IMG/VR virus record: IMGVR_UViG_3300032053_000094
Coordinates: 1 to 55,923 of that record
DNA: 55,923 nt
Source: a virus
Lineage: Duplodnaviria; Caudoviricetes
Strand: one strand, 5' to 3'
Of this stretch, positions 38,833 through 49,095 are shown in pieces. A program made the translations under genes and the position numbers. Within the stretch, counting starts at the first letter, position 1, and each line of letters opens with the position of its first letter. Below the pieces are notes generated by a model. That model saw nothing but the letters and a program-made list of their open reading frames with translations. It searched no databases and was not told where the DNA came from.

Positions 38833-40640
38833 ACCCCTGGTTTTCTAGCATAAAAACCTGACCCTGGTATTTCTTCTTTATAGAAATTCTCAAAACCTTC
38901 AGGAAATTCAGGATTAGTACTTTGTAAATTAATAAACTTAACGTTCTTTAATAGTAAAATAGATTTTGGTAGTTTTTTTAAATTTGGATTATTCGGTAAG
39001 GCTAAAAATGTTAAATTTTGTAATGAACCAATTTCTTCAGGTAGTTCTGAAACACACTTCATTAATAACAATGCCTCCAAATTTTTAAACCTACTAATAC
39101 TACTAGGTACTGACAAATTAATATTATCGTCCGATTTATTATTAAATAGGAAATTGGTAATATTATTTGGTAAACTCTCAAATAAATTTCCAAACCCGTA
39201 CAATGCCGCAAATTTTGCTGAAGGCCCATTAGGGTATTCAATTTCTATTTTATTACCTGACGTACCTGAACCCATTTCACCAGCAAATTTTGATTTTAAC
39301 TCTTCTTTTAATTTTTTAAGTATTGGAGTATTCAATAAAGCAATTTCAGTAGAAGTTAAATTTTTAATATTGGTAGTTTTAATTGAATCTATTTTTTTAC
39401 TAACATAATACTTAATAACTTCAGGTTCGGAATTTTGTATCATACTACTGGTTAAATCCATACCTAAGGCAATATATTTCTTTTTTAAATTAATATCTAA
39501 ATTGGAAAACTGTATGTCCGTTAGTCTAGGACTATTGTATTCTAACCACATTTCGACCTCTTGTGGGGACTTAAAACTTTCCATAGGATTATCACCTACT
39601 CTAGCATTTTTTACCACGTTAATCAACTCCTTTTCTTGTACTGTTAATGGTTCTGGCTTAAAGATGGATTTTAAATTTGCTAATTTTGGTAATTTTTTAA
39701 CTATGTCATTCCAAGGAACATTACTATGTCCACTATATGTACCTGAATTAGAACCATCCGCTAAAGACATTCCTCCGTTAGGGTCAACAAGTACAACACA
39801 TGCAAAGTTTAAATCGTCAAAACCTTTATCTTCATCTATAACATAATATAGAGTTCTTTCATTTCCTAAACGATAATTGTAATACATATTACCACCACCC
39901 TCTCTACTTGTACACCAGCTTCTACCATTTCTTAATTTAATACATTGGTCTTTTGTTTTTGGTGCAAATATTTTAAGATTATTCTCGTCATATTTCATTG
40001 CAATATCAGACAAATCTTTACTTTTATTTTGAGTACTTTTCTTTTCCCCACTTATCCCATCAATTAAGTGTTCAAACTCAACAAACGTCATATCATCAAC
40101 TCTTTTACTATCAGAAGGAATTTCATCCAAAATTTCAAAATAAGAACCAATATAAAATAAAACTTGGTCTTGTGTTAATTCAGGATTTTCCTTCATGAAT
40201 TTTTCAGATAGTTTTTTACTAATTAATTTTGGATAAACATCATCAACCATTTTAACCAACTCTAAAAATTTATAGTTGGTTATATTTTTTTTAGATGCTG
40301 GTAAAAGAGATTCAATCTCTAAAAATCTTTTAATATAATTTTTAAGTGCGGTGTTTTCTATCTTAGATTCTTTTTTCTTAAATTCAGTAAAAATATTGCT
40401 CATTATTTTTGATGATAATCTAGATTTAATAATATTTTTTAAATCATCGTAAGAATATTTCATAATATCCCTTTTATCAGCTGGTAGTCCTGATTTAATG
40501 GTTTCAAATGAATCTATATAAGATATCATAGTCTCAGGTGTATCTTCAGTACTAGTACCCCATTTAGAAACTAATTGTTTTTTAACTTTTTCTGACACCT
40601 CATTAAGAAGTGTGGTTTTCAATACGCTAAGTAATTTCAC
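38829..40640 (-). CDS. WCTS-domain + C-terminal leucine-rich-repeat protein (GTG start)
   Basis: RSWCTSR; LPEEIGSLQNLTFLAL..NLKKLPKSILLLKN; three N-terminal 'DI..Y.F.E' repeats. Confidence 0.8.
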   Translation of the reverse strand: MKLLSVLKTTLLNEVSEKVKKQLVSKWGTSTEDTPETMISYIDSFETIKSGLPADKRDIMKYSYDDLKNIIKSRLSSKIMSNIFTEFKKKESKIENTALKNYIKRFLEIESLLPASKKNITNYKFLELVKMVDDVYPKLISKKLSEKFMKENPELTQDQVLFYIGSYFEILDEIPSDSKRVDDMTFVEFEHLIDGISGEKKSTQNKSKDLSDIAMKYDENNLKIFAPKTKDQCIKLRNGRSWCTSREGGGNMYYNYRLGNERTLYYVIDEDKGFDDLNFACVVLVDPNGGMSLADGSNSGTYSGHSNVPWNDIVKKLPKLANLKSIFKPEPLTVQEKELINVVKNARVGDNPMESFKSPQEVEMWLEYNSPRLTDIQFSNLDINLKKKYIALGMDLTSSMIQNSEPEVIKYYVSKKIDSIKTTNIKNLTSTEIALLNTPILKKLKEELKSKFAGEMGSGTSGNKIEIEYPNGPSAKFAALYGFGNLFESLPNNITNFLFNNKSDDNINLSVPSSISRFKNLEALLLMKCVSELPEEIGSLQNLTFLALPNNPNLKKLPKSILLLKNVKFINLQSTNPEFPEGFENFYKEEIPGSGFYARKPGV

Positions 40641-40680
40641 AGTATTATTTTATTAATAAATATATGATAGTTAATAAACA

Positions 40681-40917
40681 TTACGTTCTATATACATTAA
40701 ATTCATATCCAGTATATAATGAAATGGTTTCACTGATATCACTAGAACGACTTGGGAAATCAGTCATTTTAATACCGACAAAATAAGCGTCAGTATCCTT
40801 AACCCACTCCTTAGATTCATTTAATTGTTGTCTGGGTAATATTTCAACCTCATTTACCACAATATTAAGTTCAGGGTATAAAATATTTAATATTTTTTGT
40901 ATTTGTTCTTTATCCAT
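40681..40917 (-). CDS. hypothetical protein
   Basis: 78-aa ORF. Confidence 0.65.
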   Translation of the reverse strand: MDKEQIQKILNILYPELNIVVNEVEILPRQQLNESKEWVKDTDAYFVGIKMTDFPSRSSDISETISLYTGYEFNVYRT

Positions 40918-41001
40918 TATAAAATAAAAATATAAACAAAAAAATAATAAATGAAATTATTTTTTGATAGTTAATAATTATTTTTTTATCTTTGTTTAAT
41001 T

Positions 41002-41418
41002 ATGGAACACCAAAATTCAAATAAAGGAAAATCAAATAACGGTAATACGTTTGAAAAAGAATTTACACAATTAACAGGTATTAAAAAAATGATGAAAAAA
41101 CAAAAACCTACTTTTGTTAATTCACATGGGTTAACACAAGTTGTTGATTTTGATTTTAAAACTGAAATAAATAATGTGCCAGTTTTTATTGACGTAACCA
41201 CAACTTATAGAAGTGATAGATTAAAACAAAAATCATATAATGCCTTAATGATGAAGACTAAAGTTGGGACACCATGTAAGTTTTATATGGTTGTTAAAAC
41301 TATGGTTGAGAATGGGAAAAAGAAAAACCCCATCTTAATTGAAGGTATAGATGGGGTTTTAAGTATTTCTGATTTTATGTTATTAATTGGTGTTAACAGT
41401 GTACCCGTTACCAATTAA
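41002..41418 (+). CDS. PD-(D/E)xK-like nuclease
   Basis: GNTFEKEF..VVDFDF..FIDVTTTYRSDRLKQ; TATCTTTG promoter at 40987-40994. Confidence 0.55.
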   Translation: MEHQNSNKGKSNNGNTFEKEFTQLTGIKKMMKKQKPTFVNSHGLTQVVDFDFKTEINNVPVFIDVTTTYRSDRLKQKSYNALMMKTKVGTPCKFYMVVKTMVENGKKKNPILIEGIDGVLSISDFMLLIGVNSVPVTN

Positions 41419-43071
41419 AGTTGTTATAGCTGCTAAACCATCTGGAGGTCCTACTGTTGGTCCAGCATTTCCTGTTCCGTCTAGATATAAATTACCACCA
41501 GCACTTGTCAATATATTACTTAGGTAATATAATGTGTTGTTTGTTCCTGCGGTAGTAAATAAATTATCCTGTAAAGATAAATAAGTTATAGTTGTTGGTA
41601 TGTTAGGTGTTGGATTAAAGATGATTAAACTATTGTTACTTAAATCTAAATTAAGTAGACCATTAGGTAATGCGATAGTTGGGTCAAATGTTGTTAAACC
41701 ACTTTGACCAAATGTTCCCATATTACTACCAACACCACCATAAGGTTTATTATCACTAAAATCTAAATTTACTAATGATGATGGTAATGCGACAGATGGG
41801 TTATAAGTTGTTAATTCTGTATCGTACGCTTCAATATTATATATTTTAGTCGTAGTTAAAATACTAGATGCTGACCATACTGGTGTAGTTCCTGTTGCGA
41901 TAAAAACACATCCATCGGTATTAATAGTACCACTTTGTATATTTGCAACACTACTAAAACTATCACTAGCATTATATTTTTGAATTGTATATTCTCTACC
42001 AATAGTCAAAGTTCCACTTGTTTGGTTTTGAGTAAACACAGGATTAAATGAGGTTAAAGGATTTGTATATACATATAAATCCTGTAAACTATCTGGTAAA
42101 TTAATATCGAATGATGTTAAGCTATTATCAAAAATACTTAGATTATTTAATTCTGAATTTATAATATCAAATGTTGGATTAAATTCAGATATTTTGTTAC
42201 TACTTAAATACAAGCTATTAAGACTGTTTGGTATTGCATAATTAAATGGAGATGTAATACCTCCATTTTCACCTGGAACTCCATATCCATAATAAGATGA
42301 TGGATAATTACCTCCACAACTACCGATACTAAAATAATTTAAATTAGATGGTAATGGTTCTAATAATGTGAGTGTTTTCAAGTAGTAGTTATCACTAATA
42401 TCAAAATCGATTAAAGAATTAGGTAATAAATAAGATGGTGTAAATGATGTTAACCAGTTATCATCCAAATACAATTCTTCTAATATTGGTGACAATGGTG
42501 CCGAAAGAGTATCAAAACTAGTTAATATACATTTTTCGATATATAAAAACTCTAATGATGTTAAAAATTCACATCCATTAACTTGAGTTACTGGCATATT
42601 ATATATGTTTAATTCGTTAACTTCATTAAAATTATCAAAAGTAACTATAATAATGAAAGTACCGTTACTTAAATATGTGTGAGTAGGATTCATATAAGTT
42701 CCAGTATACGTATCGGTATTACCATCACCCCAATCAACAGTACAATTTGTACTATTATTCAAATAGATATCAAAATCCATTTCATTTCCTGGATTACCAC
42801 TCTTATAGAAATTATTCGAAGTATCGGAACTGAATTGAATTTCAATTGCTGGTATTCTTTGACATGCGGTTGGTGACGGGAACGGAGAAATTGAATTAAC
42901 AATTTCAATGTCACCATCTTTTGAGAAGGTTCCATCAACAAACCAAATATTTTTATATGACCCTTGGTCTATTCCGATATTATTGAATTCCATATTATCA
43001 GAACATCTTCTGTAGCTAAATTTAGCTAAAGAACTTCCATTATTTGTTAAAGTGTATTTACTACAAGACAT
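41383..43071 (-). CDS. PKD-like + leucine-rich-repeat protein (probable virion surface/adhesion)
   Basis: VDWGDG..HTY; repeated LP.SL..L.L..N.LTSF.P. Confidence 0.8.
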   Translation of the reverse strand: MSCSKYTLTNNGSSLAKFSYRRCSDNMEFNNIGIDQGSYKNIWFVDGTFSKDGDIEIVNSISPFPSPTACQRIPAIEIQFSSDTSNNFYKSGNPGNEMDFDIYLNNSTNCTVDWGDGNTDTYTGTYMNPTHTYLSNGTFIIIVTFDNFNEVNELNIYNMPVTQVNGCEFLTSLEFLYIEKCILTSFDTLSAPLSPILEELYLDDNWLTSFTPSYLLPNSLIDFDISDNYYLKTLTLLEPLPSNLNYFSIGSCGGNYPSSYYGYGVPGENGGITSPFNYAIPNSLNSLYLSSNKISEFNPTFDIINSELNNLSIFDNSLTSFDINLPDSLQDLYVYTNPLTSFNPVFTQNQTSGTLTIGREYTIQKYNASDSFSSVANIQSGTINTDGCVFIATGTTPVWSASSILTTTKIYNIEAYDTELTTYNPSVALPSSLVNLDFSDNKPYGGVGSNMGTFGQSGLTTFDPTIALPNGLLNLDLSNNSLIIFNPTPNIPTTITYLSLQDNLFTTAGTNNTLYYLSNILTSAGGNLYLDGTGNAGPTVGPPDGLAAITTLIGNGYTVNTN

Positions 43072-43208
43072 AATTTTATATTATTTTATAATAAATAGTT
43101 CAAAATTCTAAAATATTGCATTTAAATTTTGAAAAATTAGGTTTATTTGTTTACCACTATAAATATGTAATAAAATAAAAAACCCCTCGATAATTGAGGG
43201 GTTTATAA

Positions 43209-43376
43209 TTAATAATGTTTACAGTGTCTCCTAATGTGACCTACAGGATACCCATAATAATATTTACCATAATAATGAGGTCTTTGTGGTTTAATTTGAG
43301 TATAATAAGGTTTTCGGTTAACAAAACAAGAAGTTAATAATATTGATACCAAACAAAATAATATTAATTTTTTCAT
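43209..43376 (-). CDS. 55-aa lipoprotein-like peptide
   Basis: MKKLILFCLVSILLTSC lipobox, Tyr/His-rich tail; flanked by terminators. Confidence 0.6.
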   Translation of the reverse strand: MKKLILFCLVSILLTSCFVNRKPYYTQIKPQRPHYYGKYYYGYPVGHIRRHCKHY

Positions 43377-43458
43377 AATGAATTAATTTTCAACAAAAGT
43401 AATAAAAAAACCCTTAATTAATGTTAAGGGTTTATTAATATTTTATTTTTATAAATTA

Positions 43459-43809
43459 TTATCTTAATTCAGATAATGTAGGTAATACAACATCTGTAAT
43501 ACTTTTAGATGTTAATTCTCCACTAATCTGACTAATAACAGAATCAAACACTGTTTGTAGTACAGGTCCTTCTAATTTTTTTTCAGATATTAAAGTTCCT
43601 TTATCTCCTACCTTTTCATATACTGCAATTTCTACAATATGGGTTTGACCTTTTTTAGTTTTAGTACCACCAACCATGTATTTAGAAACACTTTCTTGTT
43701 GTGTTTGGACAGGAGTACCGCTACGTATAGCTTCTTTGGCTGCACTTCTTTCAGCACTACGACTTATTTGTTTTGTTATCGCTCTTAATTTTGGGAATCT
43801 TATTGCCAT
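43459..43809 (-). CDS. hypothetical protein
   Basis: 116-aa ORF after TATTTAT. Confidence 0.7.
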   Translation of the reverse strand: MAIRFPKLRAITKQISRSAERSAAKEAIRSGTPVQTQQESVSKYMVGGTKTKKGQTHIVEIAVYEKVGDKGTLISEKKLEGPVLQTVFDSVISQISGELTSKSITDVVLPTLSELR

Positions 43810-43882
43810 AATATTATTGTTTACATATAAATATATCTTTCTAGTAAAAAAAATTATTTAATATTTAAAGTATCTTAATAAA

Positions 43883-44068
43883 TTAACTGAATAATTTATT
43901 AAGTTCTGACATAATTTGAACCTGTCGATTTTGTAGTTCCTGTATTTTTTTTAACTGTTGAGGATTCATTTCAATATCTTCACCTTTAATTTCAGATATT
44001 CTATTGCCAGTTCTGGTGTGTTCATTTAATAATTCACCATACTTTTGAGCTTTTTGTTCTTGATTCAT
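43883..44068 (-). CDS. small coiled-coil protein
   Basis: 61-aa ORF. Confidence 0.65.
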   Translation of the reverse strand: MNQEQKAQKYGELLNEHTRTGNRISEIKGEDIEMNPQQLKKIQELQNRQVQIMSELNKLFS

Positions 44069-44085
44069 AATTGTTATTTTTTATT

Positions 44086-44265
44086 TTATTTATTTTCAAC
44101 ACTTGAAACTAATTGATAATTAATTCCTTTATAACTTAAATATCCTTTAGAAGGCTTAGTTTCAATTAATTCCCAAGTCATGGTGTATCCTTTTTCCCCA
44201 TCAATTGGTCTTGTAACCACTTTTTTATCTTTGACCTTTATATACCCCATTATTTTATTTTCCAT
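44086..44265 (-). CDS. 59-aa hypothetical protein
   Basis: MENKIMGYIKVKDKKVVTRPIDGEKG...; read manually. Confidence 0.5.
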   Translation of the reverse strand: MENKIMGYIKVKDKKVVTRPIDGEKGYTMTWELIETKPSKGYLSYKGINYQLVSSVENK

Positions 44266-44359
44266 ATTTCATAGTTTAATAAAAATATAGAATTTATTAA
44301 GTATTAATAAATAGAAAACTAACTTAATACCAATATTATAAATATTTATAATAACACCT

Positions 44360-45319
44360 ATGAAATATTTTTTATATATAATCACCCTGTTTATTACCAT
44401 AAATTGTAAATCCCAATGTCTTGACGTTTTTGGTAGAAATTCGGATTGCCCAACTGAAGAAGACTCTCTTGTTGTTTATAATAACGCTTTAAAAGTATAC
44501 GAATTTTATGAAAAAAATCCTGATTACACTAAGATTAAATCAGTAAGACTAAGAACAAAACAAGATGTTTTAAATTGTTTTTATCAATTAGAAGATGCTG
44601 TTGATACATTTAATATTCGTTGGCAATTAAGAGAAAGAGTTTTAAAAGGTGAAAATATCCCAAACGTTTTATTACCAAGAGATGGTAAAAATATACCATA
44701 TAGTGAGTATTATCTTTACATTGATAATTATCGATTTTACCAAAGAGAATTAGAAAGCGGGATTTTAAACACCTCTTCCCCATTTCCTCTTTATGATATC
44801 AGAATATCACCACTTATTATTAATTCATATGAAAATAAACTATCTTTTAATAATTTTAATGGAGATTATGTTAATATTGCGTTATATATTCCAGTTACAG
44901 TAAAACCATTTAGATTACTTTCAGACTCAGAAAAAGTTGTTAGAAATAATATTCTTAAAGGTGTTTACAAGACTATTCCAAAAACAAGTAAACCAGTTAA
45001 ATCAATCATACCTAAAATAAAATCAACAGTACCTGATACGACATTATTGTCTAGTGTTAATATTGAAATAATATTACCAACATATCGTCAAATAAATAAT
45101 TTAATTCCACCTAATGCTTATGCGATTTATTTTAGAGATTCTTATGGTGGAGGATGTTTAATAGGATATATGATTGGTAGAAAATTTAGAAAATTTTTAC
45201 CTACGAATGAATATTATTGGTCATTACCAAGTAATATTAAAAACTTTTTAAAAAATGATGTAGAAGTTGAAAAATATTTAAGGATTAAATTTGGTGGTTA
45301 TTATGACGGATTTTATTAA
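44360..45319 (+). CDS. secreted hypothetical protein
   Basis: Signal peptide ending KSQ|C, Bacteroidota-type. Confidence 0.7.
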   Translation: MKYFLYIITLFITINCKSQCLDVFGRNSDCPTEEDSLVVYNNALKVYEFYEKNPDYTKIKSVRLRTKQDVLNCFYQLEDAVDTFNIRWQLRERVLKGENIPNVLLPRDGKNIPYSEYYLYIDNYRFYQRELESGILNTSSPFPLYDIRISPLIINSYENKLSFNNFNGDYVNIALYIPVTVKPFRLLSDSEKVVRNNILKGVYKTIPKTSKPVKSIIPKIKSTVPDTTLLSSVNIEIILPTYRQINNLIPPNAYAIYFRDSYGGGCLIGYMIGRKFRKFLPTNEYYWSLPSNIKNFLKNDVEVEKYLRIKFGGYYDGFY

Positions 45320-45603
45320 CCTTTAAATTTTTTAAGTCTATTTTTAAATTCTTGGTCAATCATTTGAGATTGTTTTTTTTCTAATCTAACAACCAATTCT
45401 TTCAAATCATGTTTTGAATATTTAGAAAAATGCTTACAATAAATTTCGGAATAATTATTTAACGGAGGTAGTTCACAATCAATTCTATCAAAATTTTCTA
45501 TAATTTGATTAATAACCATAACTTGTCTTTTAGCCTTTTCATATTCAAAATAGGTCTCCTGTATGATTCTATTAAATTCTGATTCAGACAACATTATTTT
45601 CAT
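45316..45603 (-). CDS. hypothetical with 'MKIMLSESEF' leader
   Basis: 95-aa ORF after TATTTA. Confidence 0.7.
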   Translation of the reverse strand: MKIMLSESEFNRIIQETYFEYEKAKRQVMVINQIIENFDRIDCELPPLNNYSEIYCKHFSKYSKHDLKELVVRLEKKQSQMIDQEFKNRLKKFKG

Positions 45604-45620
45604 ATTTTAATAAATACATT

Positions 45621-45706
45621 AAAAAAGGGATAAGAGTAGCGAATTCTTATCCCAAACCGAACGTAACCATTCGTGTCCTAAGCTGGGTCTTTAAACCCAG
45701 GGTATC
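45621..45706 (-). ncRNA. candidate small structured RNA ending in a terminator
   Basis: CTGGGT/ACCCAG, CGAAT/GTTCG and GGGATAAGA/TCTTATCCC-T6 hairpins in a GC-rich intergenic gap. Confidence 0.4.
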
Positions 45707-45707
45707 T

Positions 45708-46559
45708 TTATTGATTATATCCATCACCTAATAATGTAATTCCCTTATTATTTAGAGAATTAATTAATTGTGATTCTAATGTGTTATATTTTATTTTATA
45801 CGATACTCTAATCAAATTTATATTGTTTTTTAAACAATACTCATTTTTAAATTTATCAAACTGCTGACCAGTTATAAATTTATCCATACCAAACTTATTT
45901 GAAGGTTTAAAATGTTGTTCTCCGTCAAATTCAATTATGGTATTCAAACTAGGTATATAAAAGTCAAAAGGTAATTTTCTACAGGATTTTCCTTCTCTAG
46001 TATTTGTACAATCATTAAATTTTTTTTCTCTAACAAATTTAATATTATTATTTTCCAAAATTTTAGAGATTTCTTCAGCACCATAATATTTTTTTATGCC
46101 TGTAAAATGTTTTGTGATTTCCTCATAAAAATTAGGTAATGATTTATTTCTTTGTCTTGCAGAATAATATTCGTTAGGAAATTTACTTTCAAATTCGGTT
46201 TTACTACTTACTTTTGAGGCTGCGGATTTCATATCCTCATTTGAATACTTTCTCTCTTTTCTTTTGTTTTCAAAAGGACATACTCCCTTACCTTGCATAT
46301 GAGTATTAGGAAATACTTCAAAATAATTAACACCATATTCACCCATCATTTCATCTTTATGTTTTGGGCAAATTACTTTAACTTTTGTATTAGTATCTTT
46401 AAAATCAACTAATGAATAGTCATATTTTGGTGTACCATCAGGATTTTTATGTACCTCTTGAGCGCTAGAAATAAATTCATCTTGAGTTAACCTATTATGG
46501 CCCCCTCGACCTGATTCTAATAAATAATTATAATGAGATTCTTTTATTATTATTTTCAT
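45708..46559 (-). CDS. DUF723-like repeat + DUF559/Vsr-like endonuclease with 'MKIIIKESHY' leader
   Basis: KYDYSLVDF..KVKVICPKH; LPFDFYIP..IIEFDGEQHF..D..KNEYC..NINLIRV. Confidence 0.8.
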   Translation of the reverse strand: MKIIIKESHYNYLLESGRGGHNRLTQDEFISSAQEVHKNPDGTPKYDYSLVDFKDTNTKVKVICPKHKDEMMGEYGVNYFEVFPNTHMQGKGVCPFENKRKERKYSNEDMKSAASKVSSKTEFESKFPNEYYSARQRNKSLPNFYEEITKHFTGIKKYYGAEEISKILENNNIKFVREKKFNDCTNTREGKSCRKLPFDFYIPSLNTIIEFDGEQHFKPSNKFGMDKFITGQQFDKFKNEYCLKNNINLIRVSYKIKYNTLESQLINSLNNKGITLLGDGYNQ

Positions 46560-46561
46560 AA

Positions 46562-47107
46562 TTAAAAATCAATTCCATCGACAAATACGGGAATTCCAAG
46601 AAGTCCTTCCCACATTTCTTTTATGTACTCCATAACTTCCATCTTATACCCATTATTAACCTCTTCATCCCCCTCAACCATCAGTTCATTACCATCGACA
46701 TGGGTTATTAATTTTATCGAGCCACCCTCATCAAAATACTTAAAAAGATTACCATCGTCATCACTCAATATATTAACTTGATATGTGTTATCATCTAATA
46801 TCATAATATCATAAGGATTAAGAAACCCCGAATCTATTAACATAGATAATATAGGATTATTTGCTATCTGTTCTTTAACCTTTAATCCCATCGTTGTTTG
46901 TTTTGTTTGTACTGGTTCTATTTTTTCGTCAGGATTATTTAAGATATGTTTTTCCTCATCTGTTAACGAATCATAACCTAATTCGTTTATTTTATCTAAA
47001 ATATCATCAACAAGTTCTTGATTTTGAAATCTACGAGTTTCTTTAATAACACGTTTAAATAATTTTGAAATTTGAGTTTCAGTTAGTATTATATTTTTTT
47101 TGCCCAT
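46562..47107 (-). CDS. hypothetical with leader and 'VDDILDKINELGYDSLTDEEK' (DUF6576-like) motif
   Basis: Motif as stated. Confidence 0.7.
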   Translation of the reverse strand: MGKKNIILTETQISKLFKRVIKETRRFQNQELVDDILDKINELGYDSLTDEEKHILNNPDEKIEPVQTKQTTMGLKVKEQIANNPILSMLIDSGFLNPYDIMILDDNTYQVNILSDDDGNLFKYFDEGGSIKLITHVDGNELMVEGDEEVNNGYKMEVMEYIKEMWEGLLGIPVFVDGIDF

Positions 47108-47172
47108 TTTATTGTTTTAATATAAATACAAAGATAAATAAAAAACCCCACGATAATGTGGGGTAAGTATTT

Positions 47173-47955
47173 TTAATAAACAAAAGAACCAGGACAGGCC
47201 TTTTTTAGTGCCTCATCACTACATTCTTTTGGTAATTGTCTTGTTGTTGTTGGCATACAATTAATAGAACTTTTTGGTGGACAATCACTCTTAACAGGAG
47301 ATTGACCTTCACCTTCAAAACATTTAATAAATGCATCATAACTAAATGTTGTTCCTTTTTCTAATGCAACTGACAAACAATACTTAATTGTTGCACAATC
47401 ATCATATTGCCATCCATCTTTATTTATTTTTTCATACCACTTAGTTCCTTTTTTAATTCTTGTTCTTCTTTCATCTCTTTTCTTAATAACTTCATCGCAC
47501 TTACACTGAGGCTCTTTTATTAGACCCTTGTCAATCATTGCCTTTAATGTGTTATACCCAATAATTCCATCAGGAGACAAACCTGGTATTGTTTTTTGAA
47601 ACTCTATTGTTGCTTGTTCAGTTTCATTTCTAAATTTTCCATCACACTTGGTGTAATCCTCTTTACATCCTTCAATCATTCCTCCTCCTTGCTTATCAGG
47701 ATTAAATCCTCCATTAATTAAACCATGTTGTAATTGTTTAACAACATCACTATTTGGACAACCATTTTTTGCAACTTTTGCTTTACATAAAATTGCACAT
47801 AAATCATCACTTGGTAATACACATTCTGCCGTTTGTTCAGTTAAAATAGATTTAAATAATTCACCAAGATTTTTTTGTTCAGATATGACAACACCTCTTT
47901 CATGTTTTAAAAGAGATTTCATTCTTTCTATTTCGTTTGATATATTGTTTTTCAT
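47173..47955 (-). CDS. Cys-rich peptidoglycan-binding-domain protein (start MKNNIS)
   Basis: VKQLQ..L..DGKF..ET..A..EFQ..GLSPDGIIG. Confidence 0.75.
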   Translation of the reverse strand: MKNNISNEIERMKSLLKHERGVVISEQKNLGELFKSILTEQTAECVLPSDDLCAILCKAKVAKNGCPNSDVVKQLQHGLINGGFNPDKQGGGMIEGCKEDYTKCDGKFRNETEQATIEFQKTIPGLSPDGIIGYNTLKAMIDKGLIKEPQCKCDEVIKKRDERRTRIKKGTKWYEKINKDGWQYDDCATIKYCLSVALEKGTTFSYDAFIKCFEGEGQSPVKSDCPPKSSINCMPTTTRQLPKECSDEALKKACPGSFVY

Positions 47956-47959
47956 TTTA

Positions 47960-48361
47960 TTAAAAATTTGGTAACTTTTCACTCCATACTGAATTGCTTC
48001 CGCCAAATGTGTTTTTTAAAGCTTCAATACCTTTATCTAACATATTTTTTATGTCAACAGAATTAATGTCAACTCCTGACTTATTTTTAACACATGTGAT
48101 AAAATTAGGATTGGCAACAGCCTTTAAACCTTTTAAACAATTAAGTAATGCGTTAGGATTTGTATCACCACCCATATTTGGATTTTTTAAAGATGAACAA
48201 GCACTTGGTACTTGTATGTTGTTTTCAGTTGCACATGAAGTAATTGACTCAACTATTTTTGAGAAATCAAAACTTTCACGTATTACTGATTTTTTAGTTC
48301 CGTGCATTTCTAAAATTCTATCTTTTTCAGATTTAGAAATATCATTAAATAAATGTTTCAT
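47960..48361 (-). CDS. hypothetical with 'ISKSEKDRILEMH' leader
   Basis: 133-aa ORF after TATTTAT. Confidence 0.7.
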   Translation of the reverse strand: MKHLFNDISKSEKDRILEMHGTKKSVIRESFDFSKIVESITSCATENNIQVPSACSSLKNPNMGGDTNPNALLNCLKGLKAVANPNFITCVKNKSGVDINSVDIKNMLDKGIEALKNTFGGSNSVWSEKLPNF

Positions 48362-48432
48362 AATTAGTTATTTTTATTATTATAAATATAACGAATTAAA
48401 AAAAACCCCTCGTATGAAGGGTTTTAAATAAA

Positions 48433-49017
48433 TTATTGTATTAATGGTACTCCCACAAAGAATGGATTATCAATCCAACCATTTGTAGCTTTTGAATGTA
48501 TTCCTGGACTGATACCATTCCAGCTGTAATTAGTTTCTGATGGAAAATATCCATTATAATATCCATTTCTAATAATAGTAACAGTATCTATAAAATCATA
48601 ATCTCCCATTACACCACCATTAGGTATTAGTATATGTGGTGTTTCTATACCATTAATGTAGAAATATCTGTAATCAATTACATCAGCTTTAAGTTGTGCA
48701 TTAAAGTTTCTAAGCCCAACATGTAAATGCCATTTAACCACTACAATGGTATCAAAAACAATCACTTTATTATCGGCGTCATATGGACCATAAACTCCTG
48801 GAGCAAATCCTACAGGTACAAACCCTCCCCATATAGGAGATTTCAATATAGGGCTAGTCACTTGTGTCCAAGTGGGATTGGGGTTTGTATAGTCTACAGT
48901 TCTTCTTGAAGTTAATGATGTCGAAACATCTTGTGTTGTTTGTGTCTTTAATTTTTCTTTTGTACATCCTAGTATCAATAAACTTATTACTGTGACTAGT
49001 GTTAAAATTTTCTTCAT
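48433..49017 (-). CDS. lipoprotein
   Basis: MKKIL..ILGC lipobox followed by TKE. Confidence 0.7.
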   Translation of the reverse strand: MKKILTLVTVISLLILGCTKEKLKTQTTQDVSTSLTSRRTVDYTNPNPTWTQVTSPILKSPIWGGFVPVGFAPGVYGPYDADNKVIVFDTIVVVKWHLHVGLRNFNAQLKADVIDYRYFYINGIETPHILIPNGGVMGDYDFIDTVTIIRNGYYNGYFPSETNYSWNGISPGIHSKATNGWIDNPFFVGVPLIQ

Positions 49018-49095
49018 CTTGTTTCTTTGGTTTTTTTATATGTTTATTTTTTATTATAAGTAAATAAAAAACCCTTCATTTAGAAGGGTTATTAT

